The notes beneath the pieces were generated by a model. The model had not been told where the DNA came from. It did no database searches and was given only the letters and a program-made list of their open reading frames with translations. A program made the position numbers and the translations under genes. Shown one piece after another: positions 28,856 through 38,885 of a stretch of 64,000 nucleotides of DNA (position 1 is the stretch's first letter; every line of letters begins with the position of its first letter). This stretch comes from Fidelibacterota bacterium (GTDB taxonomy: Bacteria; Fidelibacterota; Marinisomatia; Marinisomatales; UBA1611). Location: contig PAPB01000004.1 of the NCBI GenBank assembly GCA_002708715.1, positions 52,690 through 116,689 on the forward strand, given 5' to 3'.

Positions 28856-30040
28856 TTATAATGACTTTAATAATTTTACATGGTCTAAAACAATTTTACG
28901 AGCACGCCACTTTTTAGTATTAGAACCAAAATGCCCTAAAACACTCCAATGATCCATATCCTCAATTTTTCTCCAATACCACTGCCCAGTAATTAATAAA
29001 TCATTTGAATCATATTCAATGATTGGATCTGACCCATTAGCACCTGTTGTAGGACCATACATAGACACTGTATTAACTACACCGTCATTTTCATACCACA
29101 GTGTATCTGTTTGTTCCCCATCTAACCAATATCCAGATCGTGTCGCTATTAATTTTGCTCTAGCTTTATTAAGTAATGGAGTATCATCAATAGGAAGCTG
29201 CAATCCGGTTTTTTCATCCCGAAAAGTCGTAGAAGTAACAAAAGAAAAATAATAAATTTCGGGAGATGCTTGTAAATATCCGTTAAGCTCCATAGCCCCA
29301 TCTAAACTTAAATCATAAGTACTAAAATTATTTGTATTTATTATAGAGCTTTGACTAATACGAGTAACATAACTTATCCATGATTCATTTTTTTCTCTAT
29401 TAAATCCAAAGTGTTGTAAATCAAAATTAAAATAATTGTTACCTAGAATTCCCGCTATACCAGCAAAATACTGCACAAAAGGAATTGTATTCGTAATAAT
29501 ATATGTTAAAGTTGTTCCATCATGCGGTGTAGCTATACTAGTTATACTTTTAATCCACCCCAAATTTGTCTCACCTAATAATTGAGATTGCTCATACCTT
29601 TCTTCTGATATCAAAAACTCTTGAGATAATAAATAAGCTAACATTCTAGCTGTTTGCCCACCCATACTATGAGAAATAATATGAATAGGGTGTTCATTGT
29701 CCCATTGAGGATAAAACCCATCATATTTTTTATTTTTTGGTTTTTGAATTATCCTGTTTTTTTGAGAATGAGATAATCCATAATCAACCTGCCCACCTTT
29801 AATTTGATAATAAGATTCTACAGCTCGATCCCAGTTAGATGAAATTGGCCCAACTGAAACTTCAATAACCTTAGAACCATTACGTTCAAGTTCCTTAATT
29901 AAACTACTGTCACCCCCCCAATAAGAATATCCACCCATTTCATTTGGTCCCCAACCCATAAAACCATGTATTAAAACAATAGGATAATTGTTTTGAGCTA
30001 ACAACATTGTTAAAAAAATAAAAATTTTTATATATATCAA
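28856..30040 (-). CDS. Secreted triacylglycerol lipase, Geobacillus/Staphylococcus-like (family I.5/I.6-like)
   Basis: 'PIVLIHGFMGWG....G..YWGG', 'VGPISSNWDRAVE.Y', nucleophile elbow 'ISHSMGGQTARML', 'NDGVVNTVSM', 'DHWSVLGH'. The TTG start preserves the signal peptide, with a TTGA overlap onto the upstream OMP stop. Confidence 0.8.
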   Translation of the reverse strand: MIYIKIFIFLTMLLAQNNYPIVLIHGFMGWGPNEMGGYSYWGGDSSLIKELERNGSKVIEVSVGPISSNWDRAVESYYQIKGGQVDYGLSHSQKNRIIQKPKNKKYDGFYPQWDNEHPIHIISHSMGGQTARMLAYLLSQEFLISEERYEQSQLLGETNLGWIKSITSIATPHDGTTLTYIITNTIPFVQYFAGIAGILGNNYFNFDLQHFGFNREKNESWISYVTRISQSSIINTNNFSTYDLSLDGAMELNGYLQASPEIYYFSFVTSTTFRDEKTGLQLPIDDTPLLNKARAKLIATRSGYWLDGEQTDTLWYENDGVVNTVSMYGPTTGANGSDPIIEYDSNDLLITGQWYWRKIEDMDHWSVLGHFGSNTKKWRARKIVLDHVKLLKSL

Positions 30041-30933
30041 AACTTCATACCTATATCTAAAGCTTGGATCTGCGCTCCATTTCCATATAAATATATTCCG
30101 TATTGAACATTAATATTATTTATCATATATAAAACACCAAAACCAGTAGCACCTAAAATAGACTTAGAAAGTTTTTCAGATGTATTTTGATCAAATTTTC
30201 TCGATGAAGTACCAAGCATTAAATTTAATTTTTTATTAATCTCAAATAACGAACCTAAAAACATTTCATTTTCATTTATAAAATTATTAATTAATAAATC
30301 AATGTATATAACAGCTGGTAAATAACGTAATTTTTTTGAACCACTAATCACAATTTCAGGAATCAGCTGCATTGGTTTTTTATTTTTAAGTCCTATGCCA
30401 ATTTGATGAAAAGAAAGTCCAATTGCATTATTAATATTTTTAAAAAATATTTTTGTCCCGATATCGACCGATAAGGAATTAATTTTAAACCCATTAAAAA
30501 AAGATCTATGCCAATTCAAATTAGCACCTATAAAAATTGGAAAATTAATTATTTTTTTAGAAAAAGATGAGCCTACCCAAGTTTCATATGAATGATAATT
30601 ACCTAAAAAATTTGCATCTTCATCATACTCTTGAAAAATACCGTAAGATATATATTTCAATGATGGTGAAAAATGAAATTTTTCTAATGGAAAATTAAAA
30701 CCAATACTTTGACTTGAAATAGAAGCCGGATATTTAACTATAGAAGTAATAAACTGTCTATCTAAATGATTCATGGCAGGATTAATTTTTAGAGAAATTG
30801 AAGATGGGAGTAAAAAACCAGCGCCGCCCATTGCAATACTTTTTGAAGAAGTAAAAGTATTCGTATTTCTAGATAGCTGCGCGTTACAAGCAACAATGAA
30901 AATAAAAATGCAAATGAAAATTCCAAACCTCAT
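30037..30933 (-). CDS. Outer-membrane beta-barrel-like hypothetical protein
   Basis: Signal peptide, 'IAMGGAG' near the N-terminus, alternating beta pattern, C-terminal '...ALDIGMKF' aromatic terminus. Translationally coupled to the lipase gene. Confidence 0.55.
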   Translation of the reverse strand: MRFGIFICIFIFIVACNAQLSRNTNTFTSSKSIAMGGAGFLLPSSISLKINPAMNHLDRQFITSIVKYPASISSQSIGFNFPLEKFHFSPSLKYISYGIFQEYDEDANFLGNYHSYETWVGSSFSKKIINFPIFIGANLNWHRSFFNGFKINSLSVDIGTKIFFKNINNAIGLSFHQIGIGLKNKKPMQLIPEIVISGSKKLRYLPAVIYIDLLINNFINENEMFLGSLFEINKKLNLMLGTSSRKFDQNTSEKLSKSILGATGFGVLYMINNINVQYGIYLYGNGAQIQALDIGMKF

Positions 30934-30935
30934 AA

Positions 30936-33173
30936 TTAAATAAGGCTCATTGGATCAAAATAAATATTAAGTTTATTCTGTTTTAAATTAAATTTCTTTT
31001 TTGCGTTGTAAAAATTTTCCTTAATAAAAAAATGTAGTTTAGCTCCATTAGGATCTAATATTTTTTTTGATTTAAAAACAATTTGATATCTAAATTTATT
31101 TTTTAATTTTTCTAGAAAACATGGCGATGGCCCCAAAACTTCTAGTCCTTCAAATTTTCCAATAATATTAAAAGCAATTCTATCCATTAAACTAATAAGA
31201 TCAATACGATTAGAGCCTATGACTTCTATTTTTGCAAGCCAACTATACGGTGGATAATTTAATTCTTCTCTTTCATTTAAAGTGGTGTGATAAAATTTTG
31301 AAATATTTAATTTTTTAGCATTATTTATAACTATATTATCTGGAGAATAAGTCTGTATCACAACCTCACCTGGCTTCTGGCTTCTTCCAGAACGACCTGA
31401 GGCCTGATATAACAATTGAAAAACTTTTTCTGATGCTCTAAAATCAGGTAAATGCAATCCTAAATCCGCGTTAATAATTCCAACTAATGTTGCATTAGGA
31501 AAATCCAATCCTTTTGCAACCATCTGAGTTCCTATAAGAATATCAAATTCATGATTACTAAAAGATTTTAATAATGTCGTTATATCATTACTAGATTTTG
31601 AAGTATCCATATCTAATCTTTTCACTCTTGCAGAAGGGAATGTTTGCTTTATCAAACTTTCTACTTTTTGAGTTCCCGTACCAAAATACTTTAATTTATT
31701 ATTTTTACATTTAATACATCTTATTAATGTTCCAGAAAAAACATATGAACAAAAATGACAAATTAACTTGTCTTCGTTTTTATGATAAGTGAGTGCAATT
31801 TTACATTGGTTACACATCAAGACCTCACCACATTCATTACACTTTATAATAGGAGAAAAACCACGACGATTTTGTAATAAAATAATTTGTTCATTATTAT
31901 TAATTCTTTCTTCAATTTTATCTTGCAGTAAACCAGAAACTACCTGACCATATTTTCCAGTTTCTTCTACAATAGATAACATATTGACAATGTGTACAGT
32001 AGGATATTTTGCATTACCAAAACGTTTTGGTAAATAAAGATATTGAAACTTTTTTTGTTGATAATTATAATAACTTTCTAAACTAGGCGTTGCACTGGCT
32101 ACAATAACAACAGATTTTTCTAAAGTTCCTCGCATAACAGCAACATCTCTAGCATGATATCTAGGATCTTTTGCATCTTGATAAAAAGAAGATTCTTGTT
32201 CTTCATCAACTATTATTAAACCAATATTTTTCAATGGTGAAAAAACAGCGCTCCTTGCCCCAATAACAATTTTATATTCACCTGAACAAATCTTTGTCCA
32301 AGTCCATGAACGTTGCTGTTGAGTTAATTTTGAATGCCACACAGCTACAGCATCACCAAAAACTGCTCGGAAACGACCTGCAATTTGGGGAGTCAATGCA
32401 ATTTCTGGTAAAAGAACAATTGCCGTTCGATTTTGTTCTAAACAAATTTTAACCGATTCAATATATATCTCGGTTTTTCCACTGCCAGTAACTCCATGTA
32501 GTAAAAAAGGCTCATAGCAATACCTGTTTAAACTCAAAATAATTTGATCTATCACTTTTTGTTGATCAATATTGAAGATCACCTTTTTATGTATTGGCTC
32601 AAAACTAAATTTGTTTACATCAGGTATCTTGTCTTTTTCAATAATATCAATTAATCCTCTTTTTTGTAAAGCTAAGCAAACTTGCATTGGGTTTTTTACA
32701 ATATCCTTTAAAGATGCAATATCCTTTATGGAATCTTGAGAACAAAGAATTTCATATACGGCATATTGTTTTGGAGCTCTTGTTTTTAAATCTTTTAATA
32801 TTTCTGAATCAATTTTTTGTTTTAATAAAACAAATTTTTGTTTTGGTAAACGATAGTTCTTTGAAATGGATTTTGGTATTACAGTATTAGCAACTTTACC
32901 TATTGGAACCATATAATATTTACCTACCCAATGAATCAATTTCCATAAGAGAGGAGTAAAAATTAAAATATTATCTACAGGCTCAATAATTTCTTTTATA
33001 TTCCCAGAATAAGAAATAGAGTTGTTGACATCAACAACTACACCTTGTATAGTTTTATTTCTTAATGGGACTATTACTCTCGAACCTATATTTATACTAT
33101 GCAAATATTCTTTGGGGATAGAATATGTAAAGGTTTGAAAACTACGGATAGGAAAAGCAACTTCAGCAAACAT
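30936..33173 (-). CDS. priA: Primosomal replication-restart helicase PriA
   Basis: 'LLHGVTGSGKTEIY', 'IIVDEEQESS', the Zn-binding Cys cluster 'CNECGEVLMCNQC...CHFC...CIKC', and 'GTQMVAKGLDFPN'. Confidence 0.9.
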   Translation of the reverse strand: MFAEVAFPIRSFQTFTYSIPKEYLHSINIGSRVIVPLRNKTIQGVVVDVNNSISYSGNIKEIIEPVDNILIFTPLLWKLIHWVGKYYMVPIGKVANTVIPKSISKNYRLPKQKFVLLKQKIDSEILKDLKTRAPKQYAVYEILCSQDSIKDIASLKDIVKNPMQVCLALQKRGLIDIIEKDKIPDVNKFSFEPIHKKVIFNIDQQKVIDQIILSLNRYCYEPFLLHGVTGSGKTEIYIESVKICLEQNRTAIVLLPEIALTPQIAGRFRAVFGDAVAVWHSKLTQQQRSWTWTKICSGEYKIVIGARSAVFSPLKNIGLIIVDEEQESSFYQDAKDPRYHARDVAVMRGTLEKSVVIVASATPSLESYYNYQQKKFQYLYLPKRFGNAKYPTVHIVNMLSIVEETGKYGQVVSGLLQDKIEERINNNEQIILLQNRRGFSPIIKCNECGEVLMCNQCKIALTYHKNEDKLICHFCSYVFSGTLIRCIKCKNNKLKYFGTGTQKVESLIKQTFPSARVKRLDMDTSKSSNDITTLLKSFSNHEFDILIGTQMVAKGLDFPNATLVGIINADLGLHLPDFRASEKVFQLLYQASGRSGRSQKPGEVVIQTYSPDNIVINNAKKLNISKFYHTTLNEREELNYPPYSWLAKIEVIGSNRIDLISLMDRIAFNIIGKFEGLEVLGPSPCFLEKLKNKFRYQIVFKSKKILDPNGAKLHFFIKENFYNAKKKFNLKQNKLNIYFDPMSLI

Positions 33174-33241
33174 ATTTATTAATTATATCAAACCAGAAAA
33201 TAGCAAGCAACATATTCCCTACTTTATAAATAGGATAAAAA

Positions 33242-33685
33242 TTACGACTTAATTACATATAATTTCACTTCTGATGCAAAACTCTCGGCTAATTGTATAG
33301 CAATATGATAAATACCTAATGCTTTTATTGGACTTTCTAATACAATTGCATTCCGATCAATATTTAGACCCTCTAATTCTAAAGCTTTTTGAATATCAAT
33401 AGATGTTATAGAACCAAACATTTTATCCTCTTTTCCAACTTGAGCTTTAATGGTAATTTCAGTTTTAGATAATTTTTTTAATAAAATATCATATTTTACA
33501 CTTTCCTTATTCTTCTGTCTTTCTATATTTTTATTTTTTTCTTTAACAATCGAAATATTTTGTTTTGATGCACGTAATGCGATCCCCTTAGGAATAAGCT
33601 TATTTCTAGCAAAACCAGATTTCACATTAATCAAATCACCTGCTTTTCCTAAACCATCGTAATCAACTAATAAAATAATATCCAT
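33242..33685 (-). CDS. rplI: 50S ribosomal protein L9
   Basis: 'DIILL.DV..LGKAGD...VK.G.ARN.LIP.G.A'; 147 aa; rpsF-rpsR-rplI order. Confidence 0.9.
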   Translation of the reverse strand: MDIILLVDYDGLGKAGDLINVKSGFARNKLIPKGIALRASKQNISIVKEKNKNIERQKNKESVKYDILLKKLSKTEITIKAQVGKEDKMFGSITSIDIQKALELEGLNIDRNAIVLESPIKALGIYHIAIQLAESFASEVKLYVIKS

Positions 33686-33697
33686 AATTATCCTCTC

Positions 33698-33925
33698 TTA
33701 TTCTGAGTTATTTTCAACGTAAGGCATAAGAGCAATTGAGCGAGAACGTTTAATCGCTCGAACTAATTTTCTATGCATTTTTGCACTAGTTCCAGTAATA
33801 CGTCTTGGCATAATTTTACCTTGATCATTTACAAAACGACGCAAAAGCTTTACATCTTTATAGTCTATATCTGTAATACCATTTTCTTTAAAATAACAAA
33901 ATTTCCTTTTATTTTGAAACGCCAT
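33698..33925 (-). CDS. rpsR: 30S ribosomal protein S18
   Basis: 'DYKDV.LLRRFV...GKI.PRRITG.SAK.HR.L..AIKR.R..AL.PY'. Confidence 0.9.
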   Translation of the reverse strand: MAFQNKRKFCYFKENGITDIDYKDVKLLRRFVNDQGKIMPRRITGTSAKMHRKLVRAIKRSRSIALMPYVENNSE

Positions 33926-34386
33926 TATTCATCCTCCTTACTTGATTCGCTTAATTCAACATCTGATGTATTTTCTGCCTTAGTTACGCTTTCCACTACT
34001 TCATTGCCCTCATTGTCAGCAATATTACTTAACTCTTTACTTACTTCGTTTTGTTCGATAGGAATTTCAACTGATTTTTCTACATATTTATCAGGCTTCT
34101 CTTTTAACGCAACAGTCATATGACGCAATACAGAATTATTCAATTTTAACCAAGTTTCAAAATCTTTCATTTTTTCTAAATCTTGTATTTCAAATTGTAA
34201 AAGAATAAAAGAACCATATTTCTGATTTGCTATTGGATACGCAAGCCTTTTCTTACCCCATTCTCTATGATTAATTATACTTGCCTTTGTTTTAATTAAT
34301 TCATTCTTAATCTGATCCATGGTTTTTTCTACTAATGTATTTTCTAAATTTGGATCAACTATATAAATTGTTTCATAATACCGCAT
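33925..34386 (-). CDS. rpsF: 30S ribosomal protein S6 (acidic C-terminal tail)
   Basis: '[11 protein letters not shown]' is the canonical S6 N-terminus. The ATG at 34386 lies 5 nt after AAGGAG, so the track's 12-aa N-terminal extension is rejected. TAATG overlap with rpsR. Confidence 0.9.
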   Translation of the reverse strand: MRYYETIYIVDPNLENTLVEKTMDQIKNELIKTKASIINHREWGKKRLAYPIANQKYGSFILLQFEIQDLEKMKDFETWLKLNNSVLRHMTVALKEKPDKYVEKSVEIPIEQNEVSKELSNIADNEGNEVVESVTKAENTSDVELSESSKEDE

Positions 34387-34402
34387 AATTACTCCTTCTC
34401 TT

Positions 34403-36547
34403 TTATGCAATAAGTGGTGCAATAACTAATGAGACCACTGACATTAATTTGATTAATATATTTAATGAAGGTCCTGAAGTGTCTTTAAATGGATCACCAA
34501 CTGTATCACCTACAACAGCAGCTTTATGAGCCTCTGAACCCTTGCCTACCACACCATTACCAAAAGTAATTCCTTCTTCTATCATTTTTTTTGCATTATC
34601 CCAGGCACCACCAGCATTAGATTGAAAAATAGCCATTAAGACCCCTGACACTGTTACACCTGCCAATAAGCCCCCAAGAGTTTCAGGTCCAAAAATAAAC
34701 CCAACTACAACAGGGGAAATAACAGCTAATAAACCTGGTAAAACCATTTCTTTAATTGCAGATTGAGTCGAAATCTCAACGCAACGCCCATGCTCTGCTT
34801 TTGATAAAGCATCTTCATAAACAGCCCTATCATCATCATTCCAATCACTTTCATTTTTTAAATTCATTAATTCTAATGCACTTTTTAATTCTGGAATATC
34901 TCTAAACTGTCGTCTTACTTCTTCAATCATAGCCATTGCCGCACGACCTACAGCACCCATAGCCATAGAAGAAAATAAAAATGGTAACATACCACCAACA
35001 AAAAGTCCAGCCATAACTGTTGGATTTGAAATATCAATACTTTCAATTCCACTTTGAACCATAAACGCCGCAAATAATGCAAGCGCAGTAAGAGCCGCAG
35101 ACCCTATAGCAAAGCCCTTTCCAATTGCAGCTGTGGTATTCCCAACTGCATCTAATTTATCGGTACGCTCACGAACCTCAACAGGCAATTCAGCCATTTC
35201 TGCAATACCACCAGCATTATCAGATATTGGGCCATACGCATCTACTGCTAACTGAATCCCAGTATTAGCCAACATACCTAAAGCAGCCATAGCTATACCA
35301 TACAATCCTGCAAAATGGTAAGCACCCATAATACTTATTGCAATAATAAGAATCGGAATTGCTGTTGATTGCATTCCAACGCCTAAACCAGCAATGATAT
35401 TTGTAGCTGGACCAGTCATAGATTGCTCTGTGATAGATTTAACTGGAGAAGTTCCAGTACCTGTATAATGTTCTGTAATCATACCAATACCAAGACCTGC
35501 TAGAAGACCAATTACAGTTGCATAAAACACACCCATACTAGTAAACTCAACTCCACCTTGTAAAAAAGTTAAAGGTAAAAATTTTTGAATTAAAAAATAA
35601 ATCACACCGACCATAATAATAGCACTACCAAACTCACCTTGATTTAATGCTTTTTGCGGATCCCCTCCTTCTTTTACAAATACCATAAAAGTTCCAATAA
35701 TTGATACAATAATACCTGATGCAGCAATAACTAATGGAAGTAATACAAAGTTAAAATCAAAATTCCCTAATACAAGAATACTGGATCCTAAAACCATAGA
35801 TCCCACAATAGAACCAACATAAGATTCAAATAAATCTGCACCCATACCAGCAACATCTCCAACATTATCCCCAACATTATCAGCAATTGTTGCAGGATTT
35901 AAAGGATGATCCTCGGGGATACCCGCTTCTACCTTTCCTACCAAATCAGCACCTACATCCGCAGCCTTTGTATAAATACCACCGCCAACACGAGCAAATA
36001 AAGCAATAGATGAAGCACCTAAAGAAAACCCTGACATTACATTTAAAACAATAGAAATATTTTCACTATCAGATCCAAATATATTTGTGTAATACATAAA
36101 AAGACCACCCAACCCTAAAATGCCAAGCCCAACTACACTAAGCCCCATCACAGAACCACCACTGAATGCTACATTTAATGCTGTAGCCAAACCCGTACGA
36201 GCAGCATGAGTTGTCCGATTATTGGCTTTAGTCGCAACTTTCATACCAAGGAATCCTGCCAATCCAGAAGCCAAAGCACCAACTATAAAGGAAAAAGAGA
36301 TCAGTGCGCTTGAGTCTTCTCTACCATTATTTGCAAAACCAAGTAACACAGAAACAACCACAACAAATAGAATAAGCACTTGGTATTCAGCTTTCAAAAA
36401 TGCCATGGCACCATCAGCAATACTTTTACCGATTTTTTTCATACGATCAGTACCTTCATCCTGATCCTCAATCCATTTGGTTTTCCAAAACGAGAATATA
36501 AGTGCTAAAAGACCAGCAGCTATTACATACATTATTTTATTATCCAT
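34403..36547 (-). CDS. hppA: Membrane-integral ion-pumping pyrophosphatase (K+-dependent type by motif)
   Basis: '[46 protein letters not shown]', '[19 protein letters not shown]', 'GGAWDNAKK', '[24 protein letters not shown]'. Confidence 0.9.
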   Translation of the reverse strand: MDNKIMYVIAAGLLALIFSFWKTKWIEDQDEGTDRMKKIGKSIADGAMAFLKAEYQVLILFVVVVSVLLGFANNGREDSSALISFSFIVGALASGLAGFLGMKVATKANNRTTHAARTGLATALNVAFSGGSVMGLSVVGLGILGLGGLFMYYTNIFGSDSENISIVLNVMSGFSLGASSIALFARVGGGIYTKAADVGADLVGKVEAGIPEDHPLNPATIADNVGDNVGDVAGMGADLFESYVGSIVGSMVLGSSILVLGNFDFNFVLLPLVIAASGIIVSIIGTFMVFVKEGGDPQKALNQGEFGSAIIMVGVIYFLIQKFLPLTFLQGGVEFTSMGVFYATVIGLLAGLGIGMITEHYTGTGTSPVKSITEQSMTGPATNIIAGLGVGMQSTAIPILIIAISIMGAYHFAGLYGIAMAALGMLANTGIQLAVDAYGPISDNAGGIAEMAELPVEVRERTDKLDAVGNTTAAIGKGFAIGSAALTALALFAAFMVQSGIESIDISNPTVMAGLFVGGMLPFLFSSMAMGAVGRAAMAMIEEVRRQFRDIPELKSALELMNLKNESDWNDDDRAVYEDALSKAEHGRCVEISTQSAIKEMVLPGLLAVISPVVVGFIFGPETLGGLLAGVTVSGVLMAIFQSNAGGAWDNAKKMIEEGITFGNGVVGKGSEAHKAAVVGDTVGDPFKDTSGPSLNILIKLMSVVSLVIAPLIA

Positions 36548-36566
36548 TAATTAACACTCTCCATAA

Positions 36567-37124
36567 TTAAGAATTAAATTTATTCATTGTACGATCTAAG
36601 CCATGTATTATTAAATATTGCATAGCATCCGCACATTTTTGCACCATAATTTTAGCGTTTTCAATACTATCTTTATTAAAAGGCTTAAGAACATATTCCT
36701 CTGATGGACGTATCTGTTCCAATGTTTCAGCGATACCCAACCTTATTCTCACAAATTGATTTGTTTGCATTTTATAAATAATATTTTCCAAACCTCGATG
36801 ACAACCATCACCTCCTTTAGGACGAATACGAATAACACCTAATGGTAAATCAACGTCATCTAAAACTATTACTACTTCAGATGGCATTAAGCACCATTGA
36901 AGCATAACATCCTTTACTGCATTACCACTGTTATTCATCATTGTTGTAGGCTTAATTAACAAGACTTGATTTTGTTTAGTTTGAGAAAATACATAATCAC
37001 CTTTACCTGGATTAAAAATCATTTTATTCCTATTTGCAAATTCATCAAGCACCCAAAAACCTGCATTATGTTTGGTGTTAACATATGAATCCCCGATATT
37101 TCCTAGACCTATAAAAGCGATCAT
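36567..37124 (-). CDS. pth: Peptidyl-tRNA hydrolase
   Basis: 'IGLGNIG..Y..T.HNAGF', 'KP.T.MN.SG', 'D.DLP.G..R.R..G..G.H.GL'. ATGA overlap with ctc. Confidence 0.9.
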   Translation of the reverse strand: MIAFIGLGNIGDSYVNTKHNAGFWVLDEFANRNKMIFNPGKGDYVFSQTKQNQVLLIKPTTMMNNSGNAVKDVMLQWCLMPSEVVIVLDDVDLPLGVIRIRPKGGDGCHRGLENIIYKMQTNQFVRIRLGIAETLEQIRPSEEYVLKPFNKDSIENAKIMVQKCADAMQYLIIHGLDRTMNKFNS

Positions 37125-37813
37125 GAATCCTCAGATTTTTCATCAGAATCGCTCCCAGAAGATTCTTCCGTTTTATCTTCACTTGCTTCTCCTTCTGAGT
37201 CGCTTACACCATCATCAATTCCTTCTTCATCAAAAGCGTCTTCAATAACTTCTTCTTCTGATGCTGGGGGAGTAACAGATACAATATTCAAAGTTGGATC
37301 AGAAATAATATCTACATCATCTAAATCAATTTTTATATCCGATACAGCTTTTGCTGAGTTCAATTCTAAATCTTCTATATCTAATTCAATTTTTTCAGGA
37401 ACATCTGTTGGGTAACAACTGATTTCAACTTGGTTTAAAGATTGAGATAAAACTCCTCCTTCTTTAACACCAATAGATTCTCCCACCAAAACAAGTGGAA
37501 CTGATATCGTCATTTTTTCTGAACGACGAACTCGCATTAAATCCACATGCATAATATCGTCTGTAACAGGATGATATTGTAATTGTTTAATCATTGTATA
37601 TTGACTCTCACCATCTTGTTCAACTTCAAATATTCTTTGGCCTGACTGCATAGCATGAAATAAAACCGATTTTTCAATAGAGATATTCACATTGTCTTCT
37701 CCAGAATAATATAATACTCCTGGTATAAAACCTTTTCTGCGGATTGCCTTAGCACCCTTCTTACGGGTCTCCATTCTATTTATAATATCTAATTTATAAT
37801 AAGATGATGCCAT
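37121..37813 (-). CDS. rplY: 50S ribosomal protein L25, Ctc (long) form with acidic tail
   Basis: 'R...GKGA..IRRKGFIPGVLY', 'Q.HPV.D.I.HVD'; two-domain Ctc length plus a D/E/S-rich tail. AAGGAG SD. Confidence 0.85.
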   Translation of the reverse strand: MASSYYKLDIINRMETRKKGAKAIRRKGFIPGVLYYSGEDNVNISIEKSVLFHAMQSGQRIFEVEQDGESQYTMIKQLQYHPVTDDIMHVDLMRVRRSEKMTISVPLVLVGESIGVKEGGVLSQSLNQVEISCYPTDVPEKIELDIEDLELNSAKAVSDIKIDLDDVDIISDPTLNIVSVTPPASEEEVIEDAFDEEGIDDGVSDSEGEASEDKTEESSGSDSDEKSEDS

Positions 37814-37828
37814 TATTTCTTCTCCTTT

Positions 37829-38776
37829 CTAAAACTCAAATAAAGCACTTACAGATTCTCCATTATGCACTCTATGAACTGCCTGTCCAAAAACAGCATC
37901 AACTGATACTATATGTATCTTATCAATTTTTTTCTCTTTTGAAATTGATATTGTATCCGTAATAATAATTTTTTTTATTTCTGATTTTTCAAGACGTTCA
38001 ATGGCTGGTCCAGACAAAACACCATGTGTTGCCACAGCCGTAACGGACTTTGCACCTTTTTTAATAGCCGCATCAGAAGCATTCACAAGAGTCCCTGCAG
38101 TATCTATCATATCATCAATAATTAAAACATCCATATCTTTTAATTCACCAATTAAATGATTTATTTCTACTTCATTGGGCGCAAATCTTCTTTTATCTAT
38201 TAGTGCAAAATGCATTCCTAAATTTTTCGCATAACCTTGACTCATTTTAGCTGATCCAATATCTGGTGCAAGCACTACTGATTTTTTTGGATTAAAATTT
38301 TCATTCTTAATAGCTTGAAATAAAACTGCCCTACTGTACAGATTATCAAATGGAATTTTTGCAAATCCTTGAATTTGCGTTGAATGAAGATCTAAAGTAA
38401 TAATTCTATCCGCACCCATTGCAGTGATAATATCAACTACTACTCGAGAAGAAATTGGGACTCTCGGCTGATCTTTACGATCTTGTCGACCATAACCAAA
38501 ATAAGGGATAACTACTGTTACGGTATCCGCAGAAGCACGAACAGCCGCATCAATCATTAAAGATAATTCCATAATGTTTTCAGCAGGACCATTAGTTGAT
38601 TGAATAATAAAAACATCACACCCACGAATATTTTCTTCATACTTTACCCATATTTCACCATCAGAGAATGTACTAATAGATATTTTCCCTAAATTTTGAT
38701 CAAGTGTAGCGGCAATATTTTCAGCAAGTGTTATGTTACTACGACCACTAAATATTTTTAATTTATTATTTTTCAT
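37829..38776 (-). CDS. prs: Ribose-phosphate pyrophosphokinase
   Basis: 'F.DGE', 'VIPYFGYGRQDRK', 'DLHS.QIQGF', 'APDIGSAK', 'LIIDDMIDTAGT'. Confidence 0.9.
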   Translation of the reverse strand: MKNNKLKIFSGRSNITLAENIAATLDQNLGKISISTFSDGEIWVKYEENIRGCDVFIIQSTNGPAENIMELSLMIDAAVRASADTVTVVIPYFGYGRQDRKDQPRVPISSRVVVDIITAMGADRIITLDLHSTQIQGFAKIPFDNLYSRAVLFQAIKNENFNPKKSVVLAPDIGSAKMSQGYAKNLGMHFALIDKRRFAPNEVEINHLIGELKDMDVLIIDDMIDTAGTLVNASDAAIKKGAKSVTAVATHGVLSGPAIERLEKSEIKKIIITDTISISKEKKIDKIHIVSVDAVFGQAVHRVHNGESVSALFEF

Positions 38777-38796
38777 ATAATATATTTATTTAAAAG

Positions 38797-38867
38797 CTGG
38801 GGCGCAGGGATTCGAACCCCAACTGCCTGGACCAAAACCAGGTGTACTACCATTATACTACGCCCCA
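38797..38867 (-). tRNA. tRNA-Gln (anticodon UUG); CCA not encoded
   Basis: The reverse complement folds as a cloverleaf: acceptor UGGGGCG/CGCCCCA with U1-A72 and discriminator G; D-stem GUAU/GUAC; anticodon stem CCUGG/CCAGG with loop UUUUGGU; T-loop UUCGAAU. 71 nt. Confidence 0.9.
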
Positions 38868-38885
38868 AATAATTTATTACAGCAT

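Noticed and set aside
33773-34123. 116-aa plus-strand ORF across rpsR/rpsF, and a 100-aa ORF at 22227-22529 inside uppS.
   Set aside because: Both are antisense to highly conserved ribosomal protein or UppS coding sequence, and no independent signal supports them.
34387-34422. 12-codon N-terminal extension of S6 ([12 protein letters not shown]) in the ORF track.
   Set aside because: The canonical S6 N-terminus MRYYE starts at the ATG at 34386, which is preceded by AAGGAG. The extension would overlap the hppA stop region.
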